DNA of 64,000 nt from Gemmatimonadota bacterium. Its GTDB lineage: Bacteria; Gemmatimonadota; Gemmatimonadetes; Gemmatimonadales; Gemmatimonadaceae. Location of the stretch: NCBI GenBank assembly GCA_040387895.1, contig JAZKCW010000017.1:4204-68203 (forward strand), in the 5' to 3' direction. Below, piece by piece: positions 45,487 through 54,662 of the stretch. Below the pieces are notes generated by a model, which ran no database searches, was not told the DNA's origin, and was given only the letters and a program-made list of their open reading frames with translations. A program made the translations under genes and the position numbers. Within the stretch, counting starts at the first letter, position 1. Every line of letters begins with the position of its first letter.

Positions 45487-46299
45487 ATGGATCGCAACGC
45501 TCCCTGCCCGTGTGGCTCCGGCCGCAAATACAAGAAGTGTCACGGTGCGGCCGTGCCTCCCGAAGCGGCTGCACTTCCGGCAGAGGCACGCGCCGAATGG
45601 GTGCGCGGAGACGCCGTGCTCTCGCGACAGAAACGCGTGGGGCAGGAGCTGCTCGATTGGGCCGAGCGCAGGTTGGGCGCGGAGTGGGTCGATGGTGCGC
45701 TCGACGCCTTTGGCGTGAGCCAGGAAGAGGACGTGGACGAAGCCGTCGCCGACCTTTTTACCCCGTGGTCGCTGTTCAACTACACGCAGCCCACACTCGC
45801 AAAGCCCATCGCCGCGGCCTGGCTCGACGATGCGGCGGGGCGCAAGGCCGACGCGGATACGCGACGTCTGGTGACCGCGGCAGTGGCATCGCCCCTCGGG
45901 CTCTGGCAGGTCGAGACCGTGGAGGCCGGTGTCGGCGCGACGATCACCGATCGGCTGTCCGACACGACCTGTTTCGTGCACGAACCGGATCTCACGCACG
46001 ACGTCGCGCCGAGCGAGTTCCTGCTCGCCTATGTCCTGGAGACGGATGGCGTCTTCGTGTTCTCCGGCATCCACGCCGATCCGCTGCTGTTCATGGATGG
46101 AAAGACGATGCTGACCAACGTGCTGGCCGACGCAGGCATTGAGGCGGCGCCCATCCCTCGTGCGTTGCAGAGCGATGCTGCGTGGCAGGTACGAGTGATG
46201 CGCCAGTGGAGTGACGCAGCGGCGGCAGCCTACGGTGACCACGACGCGCAGAGCGACCACGACGCGCAGAGTGAACAGGATGACGAGGTGCGCCCATGA
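45487..46299 (+). CDS. SEC-C motif domain protein
   Basis: N-terminal NAPCPCGSGRKYKKCHG is a SEC-C metal-binding motif. The remaining ~245 aa are unrecognised. Acidic C-terminus carries a duplicated DHDAQS. Confidence 0.7.
   Translation: MDRNAPCPCGSGRKYKKCHGAAVPPEAAALPAEARAEWVRGDAVLSRQKRVGQELLDWAERRLGAEWVDGALDAFGVSQEEDVDEAVADLFTPWSLFNYTQPTLAKPIAAAWLDDAAGRKADADTRRLVTAAVASPLGLWQVETVEAGVGATITDRLSDTTCFVHEPDLTHDVAPSEFLLAYVLETDGVFVFSGIHADPLLFMDGKTMLTNVLADAGIEAAPIPRALQSDAAWQVRVMRQWSDAAAAAYGDHDAQSDHDAQSEQDDEVRP
46237..46272 (+). repeat. 18-bp tandem duplication, coding (DHDAQS x2)
   Basis: gaccacgacgcgcagagc followed by gaccacgacgcgcagagt (1 mismatch), in frame. Confidence 0.9.
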
Positions 46300-46892
46300 A
46301 GCTCGAACGCATGCTCCGCGGAAAACACCTCGATGTGTGGGAAGCGTTCGCCAGCGAGATCGGTGGTACCTGGAATTCACCGGGTGCGGGCGACACGCCG
46401 CGCATCGACATCCCGCACGCGCGCGGTCCACTGCGCATCGAGGGGCACATCACCATGGTGATGGCCGGGAAGGTGCTCATCCCGGTGATCTCCACGCGAT
46501 TCTCGGCGCTGATTCCCACCATCGTGGCCCAGCGCTTCTCCGTCTCGCGCGCCACGTTCGCGTCGGCCGTGGCGGACTGGTTCGGGGCGCTCGACATCCA
46601 AGTCGACGATGATGTGTTCGACGCGGCGTTCGTGCTCAAGGGTGAGACGCCTGATCTCGTGCGCGCGCTCTTTGCGAGCGACTCGTTGCGCGCACGCTAC
46701 CTGCGGGACTTCGAGGGGCAGCTGCATCGTCGTGATGACGGCTCGATCTGTGGCGATCCCACGCCGGATGCGGATCCGTTCGAGTTGCTGGTGTCGGGGT
46801 ATGTCGACACACCGGAGCGCATGCGCGCGCTCTGGGGCCTGTTCGTCGAGACACTGGAGCACCTTCCTGATGGGGTGCCGCCGGGCGCGTAG
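46296..46892 (+). CDS. Hypothetical protein, translationally coupled to the SEC-C protein
   Basis: ATGA overlap with the upstream stop. High GC3. No domain recognised. Confidence 0.6.
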   Translation: MKLERMLRGKHLDVWEAFASEIGGTWNSPGAGDTPRIDIPHARGPLRIEGHITMVMAGKVLIPVISTRFSALIPTIVAQRFSVSRATFASAVADWFGALDIQVDDDVFDAAFVLKGETPDLVRALFASDSLRARYLRDFEGQLHRRDDGSICGDPTPDADPFELLVSGYVDTPERMRALWGLFVETLEHLPDGVPPGA

Positions 46893-46969
46893 GGCACCGG
46901 TGGGGAACCCGTCGTTCCAGCGTACGTCCCATCATTCGTGGCGCCTGACAGTGTAACCGGGATTGATCA

Positions 46970-47401
46970 ATGGCCCAGAACAAGACGAAGCCGAGCGAAG
47001 CCAGCGTCGAGGCGTACATCGCGTCGCGAGCGAACGACCAGCAGCAGGCTGACTGCAACGGGTTGATGGTGCTGCTGCAGCGAGTCACCGGGCAGAAGCC
47101 CAGGATGTGGGGGCCCAGCATCGTCGGCTACGGCGTGTACCGCTACACGTACGAGAGCGGCCGCAGCGGGGAGGCGCCAGTGACCGGCTTCGCCATTCGC
47201 GGGCGGGAGCTGGTGCTCTACGTCGACGTGGAGGGAGCGACGCAGCAGGAGTTGCTGTCGAGGCTCGGCAAGCATTCGATGGGCAAGGTGTGCCTGTACT
47301 TCAAGCGACTCGCCGATCTGGACGTGTCGGTGCTGGCGCAGCTGGTGGCCAACTCGGTGGCCGAAGTGGAGCGGCGGCATGGGCCGCAGGACGCGGCGTG
47401 A
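46970..47401 (+). CDS. DUF1801 (YdhG-like) domain protein
   Basis: VEAYIASRANDQQQADCNGLMVLLQRVTGQKPRMWGPSIVGYGVYRYTYESGRSGE fits the DUF1801 pattern. Confidence 0.75.
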   Translation: MAQNKTKPSEASVEAYIASRANDQQQADCNGLMVLLQRVTGQKPRMWGPSIVGYGVYRYTYESGRSGEAPVTGFAIRGRELVLYVDVEGATQQELLSRLGKHSMGKVCLYFKRLADLDVSVLAQLVANSVAEVERRHGPQDAA

Positions 47402-47471
47402 TGGCGAGTGTGCAACAGGGTCGCAACGCGTTCGTCGTCGCTCGGTGTATCGGACTACCGTGGCCGAGCGC

Positions 47472-47828
47472 ATGCAGACTCCCGTAGAGCTGCTGCAACC
47501 GAACGCTGGCCTCAACTTCCTCACGGCACTCCTTCTGATGCTCGGCGTCGTGGGTGGCAGTGTAGCGCTGCTGATCTACTTCGTTCGGCGGTTTCTGCGA
47601 GCGTACGAGAAGCGGGCGACACCAGATGCCCTGTCGCCAACACTCGCGACCGTGGAGGCGCTGGAGACCGACGTGGCGCAACTGCGCAGCGAACTCGCGC
47701 ACCTCGCGGAGGGGCAGGCGTTTACCGCGGCCCTGCTCTCGCAACGGCCGGCGCCGCAAACCGCTGCGGCACCGTCGGTCAATTCGAGCCCGCCGCCCCC
47801 CGGCAAGGACGTCGACCGCGTGACCTGA
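47472..47828 (+). CDS. Small single-pass membrane protein (paralog of 39774..40088)
   Basis: TM segment FLTALLLMLGVVGGSVALLIYFV. Helix VEALETDVAQLRSELAHLAEGQAFTAALLSQR. Pro-rich tail. Start at ATG 47472 inside ORF 47379..47828. Confidence 0.6.
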   Translation: MQTPVELLQPNAGLNFLTALLLMLGVVGGSVALLIYFVRRFLRAYEKRATPDALSPTLATVEALETDVAQLRSELAHLAEGQAFTAALLSQRPAPQTAAAPSVNSSPPPPGKDVDRVT

Positions 47829-47936
47829 CGTCGTGCACATCACGCGCAGTATCGGCAGGCGGGGCAATTCTTGCGATGGCAGGCGGACTACACGACCAGA
47901 CATCATCACCATCCCGCCCGAGTTCAGCTGCATCTG

Positions 47937-48905
47937 ATGGAACGTCCCCGGTTCGACAACGCAGCCCCGCTGCAGATCGTGATGAATGGCAAGGCCGGCC
48001 ACTCGGACTCCGACGCGACGCGCCTCACGATCGAGACGGGGCTGCGCGAGGCCGGGCGCACGGGTACCGTGCACTTCGCAGCGCCGGGTGAGCTCGCGCG
48101 GGTAGCCCGGGAGGGCGCGGCAAAGGCGTTGGCAGACGGCTCCGCGGTCGTGGCGGTCGGCGGCGACGGCACCATCAACACCGTCGCGCAGGCTGCGCAC
48201 GGGGCTGGTTGCACGATGGGCGTCCTGCCCGAGGGCACCTTCAACTACTTCGCCCGCGAACATGGCGCGCCGACGGACACCGCCGAGGCGTTGCGCTGGC
48301 TGCTCGTGGGCCATCCGGAGCCGGTGCAGATCTCGGCCATCAACGAGCGGGTTTTCCTCGTCAACGCGAGCCTCGGGCTGTACCCGGACCTGCTGCAGGA
48401 CCGTGAACGATGGAAGGCACGCTTCGGCCGCAGCCGCCTCGTGGCGTTCGGTGCGGGCATGGCCACACTGCTGCGCGCGCGGAATCGACTGAGGCTCTCG
48501 ATTCAATGGGACGGCATCCAGCGTGAGGTGCGCACACTCACGCTCTTCGTCGGCAACAACCGGCTGCAGCTGGAGCAACTGGGATTAGCCGATACGGATG
48601 AAGCAGGACATGGCCACGCCGCCGCCGCCCGCAACATCACCGCCGTGATCCTCAAACCCGTCGGCAGCGTCGCCATGCTCGGTCTCATCCTGCGTGGTGC
48701 CCTGGGGCAACTGGGTGACGCCGAAAGCGTCGAGCGCATCGTCTGCCAGAAGCTCGTGGTCGACCCGTCGCGCACGTGGAGCCGTCGTCGCGTCAAGGTC
48801 GCATTCGACGGTGAGGTGAGCTGGATGACCTCGCCGCTGACCATCCGTGTACTGCCGGCGCCGCTGTGGCTGTTGAAGGGGCCGCTTGCCATGAACGGTA
48901 CCTGA
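47937..48905 (+). CDS. Diacylglycerol kinase catalytic-domain lipid kinase (YegS/BmrU-like)
   Basis: VVAVGGDGTINTV (GGDGT motif) and GVLPEGTFNYFAR. Confidence 0.8.
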   Translation: MERPRFDNAAPLQIVMNGKAGHSDSDATRLTIETGLREAGRTGTVHFAAPGELARVAREGAAKALADGSAVVAVGGDGTINTVAQAAHGAGCTMGVLPEGTFNYFAREHGAPTDTAEALRWLLVGHPEPVQISAINERVFLVNASLGLYPDLLQDRERWKARFGRSRLVAFGAGMATLLRARNRLRLSIQWDGIQREVRTLTLFVGNNRLQLEQLGLADTDEAGHGHAAAARNITAVILKPVGSVAMLGLILRGALGQLGDAESVERIVCQKLVVDPSRTWSRRRVKVAFDGEVSWMTSPLTIRVLPAPLWLLKGPLAMNGT

Positions 48906-48952
48906 GCACGCTGTTAGGGGTCTCGTCGTTTACCCTAGGAGACCCTACGGCC

Positions 48953-49444
48953 ATGATCTCGACCGATCTCAATCGCAGCCTGCCCTCGCTGTTCAGTGAA
49001 CTCGTCTTCGGTGCGCCCGAGCACGGAGCATACGTGCTCAATCCCAAGGACGCGGGACTGCTGAAGTCACTGGACGATCTCTCGGCCGCGCAGGCATCGA
49101 TGGCAAGTCACGGCGGCGCGACGATCGCCGCACATGCCGAGCATCTGCGCTACGGCTTGAGCCTGATGAACCGATGGGCTGCCGGAGAGAATCCCTTCAC
49201 CGATGCCGATTGGACCGCCGCGTGGAAACGCACGACGGTCTCAGACGCCGAGTGGAGAGAGGTGCGCGCCGGACTGCGGAACGAGATCGAGCGATGGCAT
49301 GCGTCGCTGCAGGAGCCTCGCGAGGTGAACGGCATCGAGCTGGATGGCGCGATCGGCAGCATCATCCATCTCGCGTACCATCTCGGGGCGATCCGGCAGA
49401 TCGAGCCGCGGATGCGCGGGCCGAAGGCGACCGAGTCCGCCTGA
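48953..49444 (+). CDS. DinB-like (DinB_2) family protein
   Basis: Four-helix pattern with conserved His residues (IAAHAEHLRYGL; IIHLAYHLGAIRQ). Confidence 0.6.
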   Translation: MISTDLNRSLPSLFSELVFGAPEHGAYVLNPKDAGLLKSLDDLSAAQASMASHGGATIAAHAEHLRYGLSLMNRWAAGENPFTDADWTAAWKRTTVSDAEWREVRAGLRNEIERWHASLQEPREVNGIELDGAIGSIIHLAYHLGAIRQIEPRMRGPKATESA

Positions 49445-49458
49445 CAATCACGAGTCCC

Positions 49459-49875
49459 ATGTCGACCGATCGCCCCTGCGTCTTCTGTCGCATCGTCGCC
49501 GGCAGCGCGCCGGCGCACGTGGTGTGGAGCGATGCCGAACATGTGGCGTTTCTCGACACGCACCCGATCACGGCGGGTCATCTGCTGCTCGTTCCGCGCT
49601 ACCACGTGCCATGGGTCGATGAGCTCACTGCAAGCGCACACGCGGGGCTGTTTGCGCGTGTGCGCGACCTTGCCGGACCCGTAGCGCGTGCGGCGGGAGC
49701 GCCGCACACCGCCATTGCCGTCGAGGGATATGGCGTGCCGCATGCGCACGTCCACCTCGTTCCGGTCTGGCGTGGGGGAGAGCTTGACCCGTGCCGCCAG
49801 GCGCCGGCATCCGACGTCGAACTTCGTGCAGCGGCCGAGCGGTTGCGGGCAGCCATCGCCGAGGCGGGGAGCTAG
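49459..49875 (+). CDS. HIT family protein
   Basis: CVFCRIV... and the histidine triad HAHVHLVP. Confidence 0.85.
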   Translation: MSTDRPCVFCRIVAGSAPAHVVWSDAEHVAFLDTHPITAGHLLLVPRYHVPWVDELTASAHAGLFARVRDLAGPVARAAGAPHTAIAVEGYGVPHAHVHLVPVWRGGELDPCRQAPASDVELRAAAERLRAAIAEAGS

Positions 49876-49981
49876 TACATGCAGGGCGGTTGAGCGGCTC
49901 GGTTTGCGCGCTCTGCGTTCGAGCTGCTTATTGAGCGGTCGGCCATTGCATTCGCGTTTTCGAGAACTTCAAGGAGTACCA

Positions 49982-50260
49982 ATGACGCCGTCACTGTTCT
50001 GGCTCGCGATGATCGTCTCCGCACTGTTCGCCACCGGAAGCGCCCTGCGACTCAGAAAGCTCCGACGAGGTGAGCCCGAGTGGTTCGACGCGGCAGCATC
50101 GACTGCCGGTTGTCTCGCGGGAGCGTTCGGCGTCGCGGGCTTCCTGCTCAAGCCGCACGTCGACTGGGCGATGACGGTGTCGACGGTCGGAATTGCGCTC
50201 GTCACCGCTGCAGTCGCACTAGGAATGATGGCCAATCGGGAGCGAAAGTCTCGTGCATGA
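49982..50260 (+). CDS. Small membrane protein (3 TM)
   Basis: AAGGAG sits 5 nt upstream of ATG 49982. Three hydrophobic segments. Confidence 0.6.
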   Translation: MTPSLFWLAMIVSALFATGSALRLRKLRRGEPEWFDAAASTAGCLAGAFGVAGFLLKPHVDWAMTVSTVGIALVTAAVALGMMANRERKSRA

Positions 50261-50849
50261 CACCTCACCACGGCAGCGCGCACAGTGGATTTTGCGACTC
50301 ACCGCCTGTGCCATGATCACTGCCTGCTCGGCGTCGGTCGACCATGAGCAGAAGAATCCTGATCCGACCGGCTGGCGCATGAGCGGAGGAGGCTGGGAGG
50401 AGTTTCGAAAGCAGGGCGACGCCACCGTACTGCACGAAGGCCGGCCGACCGCTCGTCTGGCGCCGCGTGCCGATTCATCCGTTGGATACGGCACGTGGAT
50501 GAATTCGCTGTATCCGTTCCCCTACTCGAACAAGCGCATTCGGATCTCGATCTACACGCGCACGGCCGGCGCAACGCGACGTGCCGACTTCTGGGCACGG
50601 GTGCAGGGCAAAGGCTCGCCGGGAGATGGTTATGGACTGGCCGGAAAGTTTGTGCGACTGCCGGCGACGAGCGATTGGCAGCGGCACGAGATCGTCATGG
50701 ACGTGCCGGGCGACGCCCAATGGGTCCAGTACGGAATCGGCATCGCCGGCCCGGGCATGATGTGGATGGACCAGGCGAAGATCGAGGTGGTCGACGAATC
50801 CGTGCCGCTTACAGCCGGCCTTCGCAGCACTCTTACGGCGGGAAAGTGA
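50253..50849 (+). CDS. Hypothetical lipoprotein (beta-sandwich-like)
   Basis: AMITAC lipobox. Beta-rich sequence with no motif recognised. GTG 50253 overlaps the upstream gene by 8 nt; alternative start ATG 50313. Confidence 0.6.
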   Translation: MHDTSPRQRAQWILRLTACAMITACSASVDHEQKNPDPTGWRMSGGGWEEFRKQGDATVLHEGRPTARLAPRADSSVGYGTWMNSLYPFPYSNKRIRISIYTRTAGATRRADFWARVQGKGSPGDGYGLAGKFVRLPATSDWQRHEIVMDVPGDAQWVQYGIGIAGPGMMWMDQAKIEVVDESVPLTAGLRSTLTAGK

Positions 50850-52609
50850 TGCACTGCAGATTAGTCAGCCGGGCAACACCCTCTCCGCGTAACGCACGAA
50901 ACTTCGTGCTGCTTCCTGCACTGCTCACACTCCTCGCGTGCAGCAACGCCGACACGCCGGCCGCCGCTGGCCGCGCCGAGGGTGGCGTGCGCGAACTCCG
51001 TCCGGCGACGGTCGTCACCTCCGATTCCGCGATGGTGGTGTCGGCATCCCCCTACGCGACCGAGGCAGGACTCAAGGTGCTGCGAGACGGTGGCAATGCC
51101 GTCGATGCTGCGGTCGCGGTGGCGTTCACGCTCGCGGTGACATACCCGACGGCCGGCAACGTCGGCGGGGGCGGGTTCATGGTGGCACGGGTCAACGGCG
51201 AGAACGTCGCGCTCGATTTTCGCGAAACGGCCCCCGGCGCTGCCTCGCGCGACATGTATCTCGACAGCACTGGCGCGCTCACCGACCGAAGCGTCACCGG
51301 CGCACTTGCGGCCGGTGTTCCGGGATCCGTGGCCGGTCTCTTCGAGGCACATCGCAAGTACGGCTCGAAGCCCTGGGCTGAGCTGCTGAAGCCGGCCATC
51401 GATCTTGCCGAAGGCGGATTCGTGGTGGACACGGCGTTCACCGAGGATGGCGAGATGGCCGCCGAACGCCTCGTGAAGGACTCGGCCAGCGCGGCGCTCT
51501 TTCTCACAGAGGGCCGCTTCGTCGCCCCGGGCACCAGGTGGCACGCGGCGGAGCTGGCGGCGGTGCTGCGGCGCATCGCCGAGCGGGGGCGCGACGGTTT
51601 CTACAGCGGGGAGACTGCGAGGCTGATCGTCGCGGCGATGGAGAAGAACGGGGGCATCATCTCGCAGGCGGATCTCGAGGGGTACACGCCGGTCTGGCGC
51701 ACGCCGGTGGAGTTCGACTACCGCCGGCACCGCGTCGTGTCGATGCCCCCCGCATCGTCGGGAGGGCTCACCCTGGCGCTCATCCTCGGGATCGTCGAGC
51801 GGGACGACATCGCTGCGTTGGGTTGGCGCAGCGCCGCATCGATTCACCTACTCGCTGAAGCGGAACGTCGTGCATTTGCGCGCCGCAACTCGATGCTCGG
51901 CGATCCGGAGTTCGGGGCGAATCCGACTGCGGCGTTCCTGTCGAAGGACACCGCTGCCGCATTGCGTGCGCAGATCACCGATCGCGCGTCGGTCGGAAGC
52001 AACGCGCCCGCTACGCCCGAGCCGCGGCACACCACGCACTTCTCCATCGTCGATGCGCGCGGCAATGCGGTGTCGCTCACCACCACGCTGAATGAGAGTT
52101 TCGGTGCGGCCTTCACGGTGCCCGGTGCGGGCTTCCTGCTGAACGACGAGATGGACGACTTCACCACCAAGCCCGGTGCGGTGAACGCGATGGGATTGGT
52201 GCAGGGCGAACGCAACGCCATCGCGCCGGGCAAGCGCATGCTGTCGAGCATGACCCCCACGCTGGTGATCGACTCGGCGGGCGCCATCACGCTCGTCACG
52301 GGTGCCGCAGGCGGAGCGTACATCATCACCGGCGTCGCCCATCAGATCGTGTCGCTGATCGACTTCCGCAAACCGCTGGGCGATGCGATGGCCGCTCCGC
52401 AGTTTCACTTTCAGGATCAGCCGGATTCGCTCGTCGTAGAACGGGTCGCGTGGGCGGATACCGCCTTGACCCTGATGGCCGCACTGGGGCACGGCGTCAA
52501 GCCATCGCCGTGGGGTGTGCTCGTGAGCATGCAGAGCATCCACCGCGACGGGGGCAGGTGGAAGGGCGTGTCGGAGCCACGCGGGTTCGGACTCGCCAGG
52601 GGATACTGA
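50849..52609 (+). CDS. ggt: Gamma-glutamyltranspeptidase lipoprotein
   Basis: Lipobox LLTLLAC. GNAVDAAVA, NVGGGGFM, the autoprocessing/nucleophile region HTTHFSIVD, and LNDEMDDF. Its ATG shares one nt with the upstream TGA. Confidence 0.9.
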   Translation: MHCRLVSRATPSPRNARNFVLLPALLTLLACSNADTPAAAGRAEGGVRELRPATVVTSDSAMVVSASPYATEAGLKVLRDGGNAVDAAVAVAFTLAVTYPTAGNVGGGGFMVARVNGENVALDFRETAPGAASRDMYLDSTGALTDRSVTGALAAGVPGSVAGLFEAHRKYGSKPWAELLKPAIDLAEGGFVVDTAFTEDGEMAAERLVKDSASAALFLTEGRFVAPGTRWHAAELAAVLRRIAERGRDGFYSGETARLIVAAMEKNGGIISQADLEGYTPVWRTPVEFDYRRHRVVSMPPASSGGLTLALILGIVERDDIAALGWRSAASIHLLAEAERRAFARRNSMLGDPEFGANPTAAFLSKDTAAALRAQITDRASVGSNAPATPEPRHTTHFSIVDARGNAVSLTTTLNESFGAAFTVPGAGFLLNDEMDDFTTKPGAVNAMGLVQGERNAIAPGKRMLSSMTPTLVIDSAGAITLVTGAAGGAYIITGVAHQIVSLIDFRKPLGDAMAAPQFHFQDQPDSLVVERVAWADTALTLMAALGHGVKPSPWGVLVSMQSIHRDGGRWKGVSEPRGFGLARGY

Positions 52610-52613
52610 CGTC

Positions 52614-54518
52614 ATGCACGCACCCGAGCAGCTGTTTCTGGACCTGCAGCAGGCACTGATCGGCGAGTACTCACTCGAACGTGAACTGGGTCGCGGCGGC
52701 ATGGGCGTCGTCTACCTCGCGCGCGACGTGCAGCTCGATCGGCTGGTCGCGATCAAGGTGCTTCCTCGCGAGCCTGCGGGTCGTGACGAGACGCGTGCGC
52801 GATTCCTGCGTGAAGCTCGCACGGCCGCGCAGCTCTCCCATCCGAACATCGTGCCGATCTTTCGTGTCGGCGAGGCGGCTGGCCTTCCGTACTTCGTCAT
52901 GGCCTACGTCGACGGCGAGACACTCGGCGAACGGCTGCGCCGGCGCGGGCCGGTGACGGCGTCGGTCATGACAGCGATCCTCCGTGAAGTCGCGCAGGCG
53001 CTCGGGTATGCGCACGGCCGGGGAGTCATCCATCGCGACGTGAAGCCCGACAACATCCTGCTCGACCGGGAGAGTGGGCGCGCACTCGTGTCGGACTTCG
53101 GCATCGCCGGCCGCATCGACGACCATGCCGGTCATTCCGCTCCCATGGGCACTGCGCAGTTCATGAGCCCGGAGCAGCTGCAGGGACAACCGCTCGACGG
53201 GCGCGCTGACCTCTACGCGCTCGGCGTCGTGGCGTTTCTGTCGTTGAGTGGGAAGCTCCCATTCGACGGCAGCACCGTAACGGCGAGCAAGGCACAACGG
53301 GTCGGCTACGCCTCTCCTTCGCTCGCTGACGTTGCACCCGGACTGCCGACGCATCTCGTGCGCGTGGTAGATACGTGCCTGATGCAGGAAGTCACCAGAC
53401 GATGGACGAATGCCGAAGCCCTGGTGAGCGCGCTCCACCCCGAGCCCCTCGCGCGCCGAGAGCTTCCGGAGGTGCTTCGCGATTGGGCCCGTCCGACGTG
53501 GCTGGTGAACCTCGCTCCGCTTTGGATCATCTTGCCGCTGTATCTGCAACTCGCATCTGTGCCGTGGGCAGTCGCGATACTGGTCGCGCTACCGCTGATA
53601 CCAATCGGCGTGCTCCGTTTTCGTCAGAGTCGTGATGTGCTCGCTGCAGGCCACTCGCTCGCCGATCTGCGCCTGGCTTTGCGCGTGCGCCAGTTCGGGC
53701 GAGTGGATGCAAGTGGCCAACCCGTCATCGAGCGTCGGAGCGATGGGGTGGTTCGTGCCGTCACGCTAGGGCTCGTGGTCGCGGCCGCGATGTGTATGGG
53801 GCTCGAGTACTGGCGGGGGGACAGCACATATGTGTCCGTGTTCGATGTGAGGCTGCCGCTCACGCGCGCAACCCACAACATCCTCGAGAATGTCGGCAAC
53901 TGGGCGTTCTGGTTCGCGGCTGCAGGGACCGTGATTCTGGGAACTCTCGGTGTTCGTGTCCTGCCACCGCGGTTCGAGCGCCGCACTTTCGGGCGTCTTC
54001 GCGAGCGGATGTGGAACGGCCGCATGGGCGCATGGCTGGTAGCGCGGCTCACCCCGAAGCATCGCGGGGTGCCGTCCAGTCATTTTCGTCCGACGGAGAT
54101 TGCGCTCGCGGGCGCGGCCGAGGAGCTGTTCGCCACACTTCCAGCCGCGTACCGCGCTTCGCTCGCCACGCTCCCGTCGGTCGTCACGCGTCTCACGGCC
54201 CGCGCGAGCACGCTGCGAGAGCATGTAGGAGAGCTCACCAAGCTATCGGACGATAGGGGCGCGGAAATCAGGCACCCGTTGATGGGTAGCGTCGATCGCG
54301 CTCGTAGGGAACTGAGCGAAACGGTGACTGCCCTCGAGTGCATCCGCATGGACCTGCTCCGCCTGCACGGCGGGCTGGCCGACCTGCGCCCCCTTACGTC
54401 GACGCTCGATGCCGCGCGTGCCATTGGGGACGACATCGACCGCCTGCAGTCGGCGCAACGCGAAGTGGCGTTAGGCACCGAACTGCCGATCGACCTGCGG
54501 ACGCCTACGCCAGCGTAG
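52614..54518 (+). CDS. Ser/Thr protein kinase with multi-TM C-terminal region and coiled-coil tail
   Basis: Kinase motifs GRGGMGVVY, AIKVL, HRDVKPDNILL, DFGIA and AQFMSPE. About 4 hydrophobic segments follow, then a helical tail. Starts 4 nt after the ggt stop. Confidence 0.85.
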   Translation: MHAPEQLFLDLQQALIGEYSLERELGRGGMGVVYLARDVQLDRLVAIKVLPREPAGRDETRARFLREARTAAQLSHPNIVPIFRVGEAAGLPYFVMAYVDGETLGERLRRRGPVTASVMTAILREVAQALGYAHGRGVIHRDVKPDNILLDRESGRALVSDFGIAGRIDDHAGHSAPMGTAQFMSPEQLQGQPLDGRADLYALGVVAFLSLSGKLPFDGSTVTASKAQRVGYASPSLADVAPGLPTHLVRVVDTCLMQEVTRRWTNAEALVSALHPEPLARRELPEVLRDWARPTWLVNLAPLWIILPLYLQLASVPWAVAILVALPLIPIGVLRFRQSRDVLAAGHSLADLRLALRVRQFGRVDASGQPVIERRSDGVVRAVTLGLVVAAAMCMGLEYWRGDSTYVSVFDVRLPLTRATHNILENVGNWAFWFAAAGTVILGTLGVRVLPPRFERRTFGRLRERMWNGRMGAWLVARLTPKHRGVPSSHFRPTEIALAGAAEELFATLPAAYRASLATLPSVVTRLTARASTLREHVGELTKLSDDRGAEIRHPLMGSVDRARRELSETVTALECIRMDLLRLHGGLADLRPLTSTLDAARAIGDDIDRLQSAQREVALGTELPIDLRTPTPA

Positions 54519-54560
54519 CACTGACCAGCACTGACCAGCACTGACCAGCACTGACCAGCA
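54517..54560. repeat. 10-bp perfect tandem repeat x4.4 (ctgaccagca)
   Basis: agca + 4 x ctgaccagca, beginning inside the kinase TAG stop codon. About 100 nt upstream of the ABC-F start. Confidence 0.95.
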
Positions 54561-54662
54561 TCGTCCATCCGGCTAAGATTCGGGTGCAGCTCCCGCGGCG
54601 CCGTTCGCATCATCGGTACAGGCCCCAGCCGCCAACCATTCCTGATCTTCTGCCATTCCCGG

